54,447 nucleotides of DNA from the NCBI GenBank assembly GCA_024279285.1, contig JAJRRR010000004.1, positions 1 to 54,447 on the forward strand, given 5' to 3'. Below the pieces are notes generated by a model. That model was not told where the DNA came from. It did no database searches and was given only the letters and a program-made list of their open reading frames with translations. The translations under genes and the position numbers were made by a program. Within the stretch, counting starts at the first letter, position 1, and each line of letters opens with the position of its first letter. Origin of the DNA: Planctomycetota bacterium. Lineage in GTDB: Bacteria > Planctomycetota > Planctomycetia > Pirellulales > S012-138. Positions 36,901 through 44,034 of this stretch are shown here, piece by piece.

Positions 36901-37429
36901 AGTGCCCCGGCAGGTCTATGACCGGCTTCGCTCGTGGTTGGCTCGGGCTCAATGGCCCCAAAACCCCGGCCTTTATGTCTATCGTCCCTCGGCTCGCTAC
37001 CAGCACCAACGCACCCCCAGCCGAGCCATGACTGCCGAAGCGCTGCTGATGCAACTTTACCTGGGCCATTCGCCTCAAGGACCCATGCTCCAACAAGGAG
37101 CCCGATACCTGAGAAACCATCTCCCCCGCTACACCGCCCAAGGGGCTCAGCGAGATGCCTACTACTGGTACTACGCCACCCAGGTAATGTTCCATGTAGG
37201 CGGAGAGCATTGGCAGGTGTGGAATCGTCACCAACGCCAGGTGCTATTGGAAACCCAAGTGAAAGAAGGCCCTCTGGCTGGGAGTTGGGACCCCTTGGTT
37301 CCGGTGCCGGATCGTTGGGGACCCGCCGCAGGACGCATCTATGTCACTGCTTTGCATCTGTTGATCCTGGAAGTGTACTATCGTCATCTTCCCCTTTACG
37401 GACCGGATGTCGTGGCTCGCACTCCGTAG
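33950..37429 (+). CDS. Large envelope protein: 3 N-terminal TM helices + ~700-aa Ser/Ala/Pro/Gly/Gln-rich low-complexity spacer + C-terminal prenyltransferase/squalene-cyclase-like alpha/alpha-toroid domain
   Basis: Starts 3 nt after the exbD/tolR stop. TMs: LLVILGGCVAGLIGALG, WFHLAVVGATVLALIVGTFWV, LAVLMALGLHLLLAVVLYVV. C-terminus (about 36380-37426): AVEAGLAFLARHQMPDGSWS...ATGLALLAFLGAGY...GLQWLIRHQKPNGDL...YSHGIAAIALCEAY...ALQFIVAAQHPTLGGWRY...VSGWQLMALKSG, which is the repeat pattern of the toroid family. Confidence 0.8.
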   Translation: MKRHRIRRVHWEWESAWDEQLWPINGLLVILGGCVAGLIGALGEFDHPVWFRNAWFHLAVVGATVLALIVGTFWVSTRRGARRMQLAVLMALGLHLLLAVVLYVVPIYLKTILARTRSPTTKQPPKITLTNYGRPRPEESLDPEITHPQALPQQPTASVPVEVERSAVRHSPVQVSAVPQVAASSARPRTLSPRRPQHQTDLAPGASLRWQKPQVSETPSVQAPLRPSVAQQKADQVQLHTQVSKRPLEAVPLRMKTRPEPLTSARVQAQLPSRREVAPPQGAQVKIRRQRLAAVEASVRASAQAPARASRGQVELADSAGVQRRRIREAPVIELPRLALPGGNASSGAASVGKVAQARTVPHEPQLSSSVSATPARQRAPVPQVAATTAAVPSAGSAQVAPEPVAPGGLLNRKEASARGATSAEAPPPGTGRASALGSQVASARRSLKGKQPLGSGSLSGQAVALARQKVSPGRLAVPAPQAMAAAAQANGSGSGTLTPTASSGETSLGEKLSPVSDSRLAFSGQGLSSPLGKGSSSLSQTIASAAQGRASGSLQENPGGARSQHGSLVQRSRAVASLPESGAASVNAPLAKSSGDETKSSALSEGVASTTAQGTGSLPGRNKAPVALDQSATAAPGTVAQELPGSEHAARQGIAARGLSLQERGSAEAPAKEGTLPRTKPGGPLLSAPVAPVAQAEKVAGSPKATVAEAEGPGEAASERSLGKQPLEVVARSSASHLGRLSGGGTGSVVVRPRGHSAAEAASTTRRFRLPRASAPGLEEVPVARRARPAFQARDPRRRGQVAQSRGGSPETEAAVEAGLAFLARHQMPDGSWSLHRFAEGKGYGPGVGIAQMHSDTAATGLALLAFLGAGYTHLEGKYRTQVAAGLQWLIRHQKPNGDLFTGGSRYAWLYSHGIAAIALCEAYGMTQDPQLRLPAQKALQFIVAAQHPTLGGWRYRPGVGTDTSVSGWQLMALKSGELAGLEVPRQVYDRLRSWLARAQWPQNPGLYVYRPSARYQHQRTPSRAMTAEALLMQLYLGHSPQGPMLQQGARYLRNHLPRYTAQGAQRDAYYWYYATQVMFHVGGEHWQVWNRHQRQVLLETQVKEGPLAGSWDPLVPVPDRWGPAAGRIYVTALHLLILEVYYRHLPLYGPDVVARTP

Positions 37430-37438
37430 GTGTGCCCG

Positions 37439-40400
37439 ATGCATTCCCACACGCTTTGTCCCAAACGCTGCTTTTGGCATCTAGGGCTTGTGCTTTTGAG
37501 TTTGGGAGCCGTGGGGTTCCAAGTAGGAGTCTTGCTGGGGCAGGAGGGCGAGGAAGAGTCGGGATTTCGGGTGCCTCCAGGGTTTGAAATCCGCCTGTTC
37601 GCCCCTGACCAACTGGCCCACAACATCTTCAGCATGACCGTGGACCACCAGGGGCATGTGATCGTGGCAGGGCCCAAGTATGTCAAACGCCTGGTGGACG
37701 AAGACGGAGACGGTCGGGCGGATCGGGCGGTGCTGCTGTCCCAACAACCCGGAAGTGGTGCCCATGGCCTTTATCTGGACGACCAAGGACTGGTTTTCAC
37801 TGGGGACAATGTGGTGGGCTTTTTGCCTTGGGCCCCATCAGGCCAGAAGTTGCAAGGACCCGTGCAAGTGTGGACCCACTTGCGACATCCCGAACACGGA
37901 GCCAACGGCGTGCTTCGCGGTCCGGATGGCTGGTGGTATATCATCTGCGGAAACGATGCCCAAGTGGATGAGCGTCATGTGGGCACTCCCTTTTCCCCGG
38001 TTCGGCAAGTTCACAATGGGGCCATTGTGCGTATTGGTCCTGGGGGAAAACCCATAGAAGTGTTGGCCCATGGGTTCCGAAACCCCTACGACGCGGCGTT
38101 TTGGCCCTGGGGGGCGCTTCTGCTGGTGGACGCCGACGGGGAGCGCGATCATCACTTGCCCTGGTATGCCCCCAATCGGCTCTTTGATGTGGCCTGGGGA
38201 GTCCACCACGGTTGGGTTCTCCAGGGATGGCGGCGCAGTTGGAATCGTCCGCCGTGGTTCCCCGATGTTGCACCCTGGACTTTTGCCATCGGGCGAGGTT
38301 CGCCCACGGGAGCAGTGGTTTATCGGCATTGGGCGTTTCCTCGGCGGTACCACAACGGACTGTTTACTTGTTGCTGGACCTTGGGTCGCGTGTACTTTTT
38401 CCGCCTGGAGGTGCAAGGGGCGGAGCTTCGGGCCAGGCGGGAAGTTTTTTTGGAATCGGTGGGCCACACGGGACTAGCTCCGGTGGATGTGGCGGTAGGT
38501 CCTCAGGGGGAAATGTATGTGGCTGTCGGGGGCCGAGGGACACGAGGCAGCGTGTTCGTCATCCGCTACCAAGGCCCCAAAGCTCCCGTCTCTGAACCCA
38601 AGCAACCCTCCGATCCTTTGGCCCTGGTGCTGCAAGCTCCACAGCCTTTGAGTGCGTGGAGTCGGGCTCGTTGGGTGCCGTTGGCTCGCCACCTGGGGCC
38701 TGCTCCTTTTGCCCAAGTGGTGCTTGATCCCAACTGGCCAGAGCTTTGTCGCGTTCGGGCGGTGGAGGTGCTGGTGGAGTGCTTTGCTGGAGTGCCGCTC
38801 CAACTACGCAAGAAGCTGGCCGGATGGAAGCCGGACAGCCCTCGGGTGCAAGCCCGGTTGGCTTGGGCCCTGGGCTTGTGTCATCCCCAGGATCGCCAGG
38901 CTGTGGAACTTCTGTGTCGCTGGAGCGAGACGCACCAGCCCTGGGTGGCCCGATGGACCTGGGAAGCTCTCCTGCGATGCGATCCCCAGGTGGCCCAAAA
39001 CCTGAGAGTGCAACCGCGTTGGGACTTGGGCCTGGCCAGTCCTTGGCGGCGAGTGCGGCTAGTGGCTCGCACGGTGGCCAGGCGTTGGGGCGTGGATCAC
39101 TTCCCGGCTCCTGCTGACTCCCCCTATCACTTGGCCCGAACCCTGGCCAACTTCTACCTCCAAGCGTGGCGACTAACCCGAGTGGACGAGCGATTTTTGC
39201 GAAGCCTGTTGGAACTTTGGCAAAGCCACAAAGATGTGCCGACCCAATTGGAACTGGTGCGCTTGGTTCAGTTGGGCTGTGGGGACATAGACCCCAGCGT
39301 GCAAAAACCGGATGTGCTTGCCGGCTACACTTTCCGCTGGCACGAACAGCTCTCGGAGCAAATGAAACGGGAGATTGCCACTTTGGTGGCGGAGCGTTTT
39401 CCCTCAGGGGATCGGGCGTTGGACTACGAACTGGCCCGAGTGGCCTGTGCCCTCCGCCATCCGGTTCCCCAGATGCTGGACCTGCTGGCCCGAAAGTGGA
39501 CCAATGAAAGCTCTCCGGTGGATGATGTGCACTGGCTGATATGTGCAGCAGGGATTCCGGGTTCTCGCAGTGGGTTTTTCCGTCGCCGGTGCGCCGAGGC
39601 CGTCTTGCGTTTGCCGGAAAAAATGTCCGCCCGAGGAATGCACCCCAGCCGCAACTGGCCGCTTCGGGTGGGCGAAGCCGTGAAGGAGCTTTTGCGACAC
39701 GATGAGCAGTTGGGCCCGGAGCTAATCCGCAACCCCCTGTTCCGACTGCCGGAGCAGGCGGGGTTTGCTCTCCTGCTGCCTAAAAAGCTGCGTGCTCAGG
39801 CGGCTCGAGTTCTGCTTGGCCGATGGTCTGACCGGGACGACCCCCAACAATGGACCGCCGAGTTGATCCTGTTGGTAAGCCACCTGCCGCCTGAGGAAGC
39901 CTTGCCAGTGCTTCGCCCGTTGGCTCAGGAACCGGCCCTTCGGGACCTGGTGGTGGTTCAAATGGCCCGATGGCCTCGCCCAGAAGACCGTCAGGTGTTC
40001 GTTCAGGCCCTGAGTTCTCCTCAGCCGCATGTGGTTCAAGCGGCGGCGGAAGCTTTGACTTCTCTTTCTGCTCAGGTGAAAGAGTCAGAGCTTGCTGCGG
40101 CTCTCGGGGCCCTGGGGCGCTCGGCCCCCTATCGGGAGCTTGCCCAAGTGCGTCAGGCACTTCATCGCTTGCTTTGGCACTGGGTTTTTCAGGATCGTTC
40201 CCCGGACTCTCCGGCTCCTGTGCGAGATGGCAAAGCGTTGCTTGGATGGTGGCTTGAGCAGATTAAACCTCGTTGGCCGCAAGTGGCAACCCAAGTGGCT
40301 GCTTCTTCGGCTCGCAACCTGGACCAGTGGCGCAAGCGCCTCCGGCGGATTGAGTGGTCCTCGGGAGACGCAGATCGGGGCAAGGTGGTGTTTGAGCGGT

Positions 40401-40768
40401 TGCGATGTCATTTGTGTCATCGTGGGGTGCGTCGCTTGGGCCCTGACTTGGCCGGGGTGGCCCAACGCTTCGCCCCTCTGGACCTGATGATGGCCATCGT
40501 GGACCCCAGCCGCGATGTGGCCCCCTTGTATCGCACCAAGATGGTGTTGACCCGATCCGGCCAGGTGTTTTACGGACTGGTGGTCTATGAATCGCCCGAA
40601 GGAACGCTGCTACAAACCGGCCCAGAAACCACCGTGCGCTTTTCGGCCGATCAGGTGGAACAAATTGTGCCCAGCGCCCGATCGCTCATGCCCGAGGGAC
40701 TTCTGGATCAAGCCACCGACCAGGACCTGGCCGATTTGTACGCCTACTTGCGATCACTGAAAAAGTGA
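37439..40768 (+). CDS. PVC-type heme-binding protein: N-terminal anchor + membrane-bound-dehydrogenase-like beta-propeller region + HEAT-like helical repeats + C-terminal CxxCH cytochrome c domain
   Basis: Hydrophobic N-terminus CFWHLGLVLLSLGAVGFQVGVLLG. PPGFEIRLFA...VDHQGHVIVAG...DGDGRAD is typical of the TIGR02604-type domain. CHLCH is at 40406-40420, followed by GPDL...M...P...MPEG, typical of the TIGR02603-type heme domain. ATG 37439 (AGGTG upstream); alternative GTG 37430 directly abuts the upstream stop. Confidence 0.85.
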   Translation: MHSHTLCPKRCFWHLGLVLLSLGAVGFQVGVLLGQEGEEESGFRVPPGFEIRLFAPDQLAHNIFSMTVDHQGHVIVAGPKYVKRLVDEDGDGRADRAVLLSQQPGSGAHGLYLDDQGLVFTGDNVVGFLPWAPSGQKLQGPVQVWTHLRHPEHGANGVLRGPDGWWYIICGNDAQVDERHVGTPFSPVRQVHNGAIVRIGPGGKPIEVLAHGFRNPYDAAFWPWGALLLVDADGERDHHLPWYAPNRLFDVAWGVHHGWVLQGWRRSWNRPPWFPDVAPWTFAIGRGSPTGAVVYRHWAFPRRYHNGLFTCCWTLGRVYFFRLEVQGAELRARREVFLESVGHTGLAPVDVAVGPQGEMYVAVGGRGTRGSVFVIRYQGPKAPVSEPKQPSDPLALVLQAPQPLSAWSRARWVPLARHLGPAPFAQVVLDPNWPELCRVRAVEVLVECFAGVPLQLRKKLAGWKPDSPRVQARLAWALGLCHPQDRQAVELLCRWSETHQPWVARWTWEALLRCDPQVAQNLRVQPRWDLGLASPWRRVRLVARTVARRWGVDHFPAPADSPYHLARTLANFYLQAWRLTRVDERFLRSLLELWQSHKDVPTQLELVRLVQLGCGDIDPSVQKPDVLAGYTFRWHEQLSEQMKREIATLVAERFPSGDRALDYELARVACALRHPVPQMLDLLARKWTNESSPVDDVHWLICAAGIPGSRSGFFRRRCAEAVLRLPEKMSARGMHPSRNWPLRVGEAVKELLRHDEQLGPELIRNPLFRLPEQAGFALLLPKKLRAQAARVLLGRWSDRDDPQQWTAELILLVSHLPPEEALPVLRPLAQEPALRDLVVVQMARWPRPEDRQVFVQALSSPQPHVVQAAAEALTSLSAQVKESELAAALGALGRSAPYRELAQVRQALHRLLWHWVFQDRSPDSPAPVRDGKALLGWWLEQIKPRWPQVATQVAASSARNLDQWRKRLRRIEWSSGDADRGKVVFERLRCHLCHRGVRRLGPDLAGVAQRFAPLDLMMAIVDPSRDVAPLYRTKMVLTRSGQVFYGLVVYESPEGTLLQTGPETTVRFSADQVEQIVPSARSLMPEGLLDQATDQDLADLYAYLRSLKK

Positions 40769-40845
40769 GCCTGGCAATCTTGGCGAGCCGAAGATGGAAG
40801 GGGGGAGGCAGTTTCTCTTTCAAGACTCAGGGACCGCAGTGGGGT

Positions 40846-41637
40846 TCAAGCTGCCCTGGCTCGGCGTCGCCACCAGCGTCCTGCGGAAGCTTTCACCAAG
40901 GGCAATTCCCCTGCTCGGCGTCGTCCGCTGGCTGCCCAGGTTTCGGCTTCCCAGGTGAGGCGGTTGAGTAACTGTTCCACTTGCTGGCGATACTTTTCCA
41001 GGGTGGCTCGGTCTTTGGTGGGCGGGATGAACAGAGGCGGACCGATCACAGCTCGTGCCCTGGAGCCGGGCCGAGGAATGGCAAAGCGGTCCCAAGTGGG
41101 AAGCCGCCAGGGGCGATCATAGCCAAACCCCATCGCCACTAGCGGCATTCCGGTGCGGGCGGCCAGATACACGGCTCCCGGGGCCAGATGTCTCCGAGGT
41201 CCGCGTGGTCCATCGGGGGTGAGGGTAAGGTTCATCCGTTGGGCCCGACGCAACAACTGCACCAGCGCCTCCAACCCCCCTCGCCGACTGGAACCCCGAA
41301 CATGATCAAAGCCAAAGTACCCAGCCGCCACCGCCAGCAAGTCCGCATCCCGATGGCGACTCAATAGCATCGTCAGCCGACATCCGCCCCGAAGATAAAG
41401 CGGAAACAGGATGTATTCGTGCCAGAAAATATAAATTCCCCTGCGGTGAAATTCCTCTCGGGCCGGATCCACCGATGGATCGGCGTACCAGATGCGATAG
41501 TCCAGCGTGCTCATCCACCAGCGCACCAGAGCCGAAAGGCCCAAGGCGGTGGACTTCAGTCCCCAGGTGCGCAAGAGCCGTTTGCACGCCTGAGCCACTC
41601 CCCCTTGAAGGCTTGCCCTGTCCCGACTCGCCGGCAT
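40846..41637 (-). CDS. DUF374 / lysophospholipid acyltransferase-superfamily protein
   Basis: IYIFWHEYILFPLYL...MLLSRHRDADLLAVAAGYFGFDHVRGSSRRGG...LTLTPDGPRGPRR...GAVYLAARTGMPLV is the DUF374 pattern. ATG 41637 lies 10 nt after the dapF stop, with AAGGAAG upstream; the track start 41679 is TTG. Confidence 0.75.
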   Translation of the reverse strand: MPASRDRASLQGGVAQACKRLLRTWGLKSTALGLSALVRWWMSTLDYRIWYADPSVDPAREEFHRRGIYIFWHEYILFPLYLRGGCRLTMLLSRHRDADLLAVAAGYFGFDHVRGSSRRGGLEALVQLLRRAQRMNLTLTPDGPRGPRRHLAPGAVYLAARTGMPLVAMGFGYDRPWRLPTWDRFAIPRPGSRARAVIGPPLFIPPTKDRATLEKYRQQVEQLLNRLTWEAETWAASGRRRAGELPLVKASAGRWWRRRARAA

Positions 41638-41647
41638 CCGAGCTTCC

Positions 41648-42496
41648 TTACTCCAAGGGGAGGAGCCATGTGCCTTCAAACACCTCCACAGCCGGGCCGG
41701 TCATATATACATGATCATCCTGGGCGTTCCAAGACAGAAGAAGCTCTCCTCCGGGGAGCAGGGCAACGAGGTCCCGGTGGGTCCGTTGGGTCAGCACTCC
41801 GGCCACGCATACGGCACAGGCCCCAGTTCCGCAGGCCAGAGTTTCGCCCGTGCCTCGCTCCCACACACGCACCCGAACCCGATCCGGCGAAAGCACCTCC
41901 ACAAACTCCACATTGACCCGCTGAGGAAAGGCCTCGTGGTGTTCAATCTTAGGACCCCAGTGGTGGACCAACTCGTCGGTGATTTGAGGCACGAAGATCA
42001 CGCAGTGCGGGTTGCCCATCGAAACGCAAGTGACTTCAAAAGTGCGGTCTTCCACTTTCAAGGGGGCGTGGACGACCGGATCGCCGGGCAGGGTAGTGGG
42101 GATTTGTTGGGCTTGGAGACGCGGAGGGCCCATGTCCACCCGAACCCGGGCCACTTTGCCGTCTTCGCCCACCTGCACTTGCAGGGTCAGCACTCCTGCA
42201 CCGGTTTCCACGCGAATTTGCTCCTGACGGCACAAGCCGTGGTCGTAAACATACTTGGCCACGCAGCGGATTCCGTTGCCGCACATTTGGGCTTCCGATC
42301 CATCGGCGTTGAACATCCGCATGCGCACATCGGCCACTTGGGAAGGACAGATCAAAATCAGCCCATCGCTCCCAATGCCAAAATGACGGTCGGAAACCAG
42401 CTTGGCCACGCGAGCGGGATTTTCCGGCTGGGGCTGAGAAAAACAGTCCACATACACATAGTCATTCCCGGCCCCGTGCATTTTTACAAATCGCAT
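41648..42496 (-). CDS. dapF: Diaminopimelate epimerase
   Basis: [17 protein letters not shown]...[13 protein letters not shown]...[17 protein letters not shown]...SMGNPHCV...[16 protein letters not shown] contains both catalytic Cys motifs. The track ORF extension to 42634 runs into the tRNA and is rejected. Confidence 0.92.
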   Translation of the reverse strand: MRFVKMHGAGNDYVYVDCFSQPQPENPARVAKLVSDRHFGIGSDGLILICPSQVADVRMRMFNADGSEAQMCGNGIRCVAKYVYDHGLCRQEQIRVETGAGVLTLQVQVGEDGKVARVRVDMGPPRLQAQQIPTTLPGDPVVHAPLKVEDRTFEVTCVSMGNPHCVIFVPQITDELVHHWGPKIEHHEAFPQRVNVEFVEVLSPDRVRVRVWERGTGETLACGTGACAVCVAGVLTQRTHRDLVALLPGGELLLSWNAQDDHVYMTGPAVEVFEGTWLLPLE

Positions 42497-42607
42497 CGGA
42501 GCGCCCTTTGCTGGGAAAGTGGCTGCTACAACTTGCTTCGCTGCAAAAGGTTGGATTCTCAGAACACCAACAAAAAACCCGGCCACTTGGACCGGGCCTT
42601 CTGCCAG

Positions 42608-42682
42608 GGTGGCTGAGGGGACTCGAACCCCCAACCTCCAGATCCACAGTCTGGCGCTCTAACCAGTTGAGCTACAGCCACC
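42608..42682 (-). tRNA. tRNA-His (anticodon GUG) with genome-encoded G-1
   Basis: Hand-folded cloverleaf of the reverse strand: G(-1), acceptor GUGGCUG/CAGCCAC, D arm GCUC-AACUGGUUA-GAGC, anticodon arm CCAGA-CUGUGGA-UCUGG (GUG), variable AGGUU, T arm GGGGG-UUCGAGU-CCCCU, discriminator C73 opposite G-1. The 3' CCA is not fully encoded. Confidence 0.93.
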
Positions 42683-42855
42683 GTCTGCTTCCAAAGGCTT
42701 GACCTTGCCAAGTATAGCGCCGCCTCCTGGTCCGGTCAACGCAGCCCATCTTACCCCGTGGCGATCTGTTCCGCCGGGGATTCTGGCAAGACGATCCGGA
42801 AAGTTCTAAGCTCAAAAAGCCGCAAGCTATTGAGCCCTATTGTGTGGTCTGTTCC

Positions 42856-43542
42856 ATGATGAGCCAAGAGCTGCAATTTCCGTTGTCGCCGATCCGGCTG
42901 GGAGTGCTGCTCTCTGGGCGAGGCAGCACTCTGGAAAACCTGTTGGCCCGAATCCGGGCTGGACAATTGGATGCCCAAGTGGTGCATGTCCATTCCAGCC
43001 GTCCCGATGCCCGAGGGCTGCAAATCGCCGCCCAGGCAGGCGTGCCCACCTCGGTGTGCCTGCGCCGGGAGTTTGCTTCGGTGGAGCAGTTCAGCCAGCA
43101 GGTGTTTTCTCTGGTGGAGCAACACCAGCCCCATCTGATCGTCATGGCCGGTTATGTCAAACTGCTTCGCATTCCTCCGCGGTGGGAAAACCGGGTGATG
43201 AACATCCACCCTTCGCTCATTCCGGCTTTTTGTGGCAAGGGATACTACGGCCATCGGGTTCACGAGGCGGTGTTGCGCTATGGATGCAAGCTGACCGGCT
43301 GCACGGTGCACTTTGTGGACAACCAGTACGATCACGGTCCCATCGTGCTTCAGCGCGCTGTGCCGGTGCTGGAAGGCGACACGGTGGAAACCCTGGCTGC
43401 CCGAGTCCAAGCCGCCGAGCGCGAGTTGTATCCCCTGGCCATTGCCCTGTTTGCCGCCGGAGCGTTGGAAGTGCAAGGGCGCTGGGTGCACATCCGCCAG
43501 GATCGGGCCCCCTGGGTAGCGCAACTGCTGGATAGCGTGTAA
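42856..43542 (+). CDS. purN: Phosphoribosylglycinamide formyltransferase
   Basis: IRLGVLLSGRGSTLENLL...LIVMAGYVKLL...VMNIHPSLIPAFCG...GCTVHFVDNQYDHGPIV contains the PurN catalytic N-H-D motifs. The track start 42844 is GTG; ATGs are at 42856/42859. Confidence 0.9.
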   Translation: MMSQELQFPLSPIRLGVLLSGRGSTLENLLARIRAGQLDAQVVHVHSSRPDARGLQIAAQAGVPTSVCLRREFASVEQFSQQVFSLVEQHQPHLIVMAGYVKLLRIPPRWENRVMNIHPSLIPAFCGKGYYGHRVHEAVLRYGCKLTGCTVHFVDNQYDHGPIVLQRAVPVLEGDTVETLAARVQAAERELYPLAIALFAAGALEVQGRWVHIRQDRAPWVAQLLDSV

Positions 43543-43606
43543 GAATGGGAAAGATAACAAAAATGAGCAGCTTGCGATGAGTGGCCAAGGAAAAGCGCAA
43601 CAAAAA

Positions 43607-43691
43607 AGAGGGTCACTGACGGGTTGCCTCCTCAGCAACCAACGGAACCGCAGAGGGGCATCGGTTCCGCACCTTGCGTCAGGAACCCTCT
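43607..43691. other. Nested inverted repeats predicting an ~85-nt three-way-junction RNA structure (strand undetermined)
   Basis: P1: 43607-43621 pairs with 43677-43691 (13 Watson-Crick pairs around a 2x2 mismatch). P2: 43622-43627/43635-43640 (GGTTGC/GCAACC, 7-nt loop). P3: 43644-43650/43662-43668 (GGAACCG/CGGTTCC, 11-nt loop). Folded by eye only. Confidence 0.35.
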
Positions 43692-44034
43692 GGGCCGGCT
43701 GGGGATATGATGGGCAATCGGGTCATGATGAACGCTTCGGACGATGAATCTTTTTCAGCCGGCTTGTCCCTTCTTTGGGCAACCTGTGTGCCAAAACCCA
43801 AAACTTGCCCGTGCTCACTTGTGTAGAAGTCGGTAAGTTATTTCAAAACAACAGGTTGCGAAAAGGGCCCTTTTTTCCCCTATCACCCGTCCTCGTACAC
43901 CCAGATAGTGAAAAACAAAACACCTTGCAGCAATTTTGAGCGGCACTTTGCAGCAGGTGGTCAAAGGACCCGCGGCAGAACACGGCAAAAATCGCCAATT
44001 TGCCACCAGAAGCCTCTCCGGTGGCAAAGAGCCG

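Noticed and set aside
42497-42634. N-terminal extension of the dapF ORF (track start 42634)
   Set aside because: The extension runs into the tRNA-His gene. [13 protein letters not shown] at ATG 42496 is the canonical DapF N-terminus.
42608-42682. tRNA-His as an integration hotspot for a genomic island
   Set aside because: There is no integrase, direct repeat of the tRNA 3' end or compositional island nearby. The flanking genes are dapF and purN.
43607-43691. Whether the three-way junction is a hammerhead or other small self-cleaving ribozyme, or a tRNA-like element
   Set aside because: The hammerhead core (CUGAnGA ... GAAA) is not at the junction. There is no T-loop or anticodon-like architecture. 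It is kept only as an unclassified structure.
43577-43747. 56-codon ORF (MSGQGKAQQKRGSLTG...) in the purN-ychF gap, and the 70-aa minus ORF 43815..44027
   Set aside because: Neither has a ribosome-binding site, a recognisable motif or protein-like composition. The region is better explained by RNA structure, though small-protein coding cannot be excluded without Ribo-seq.
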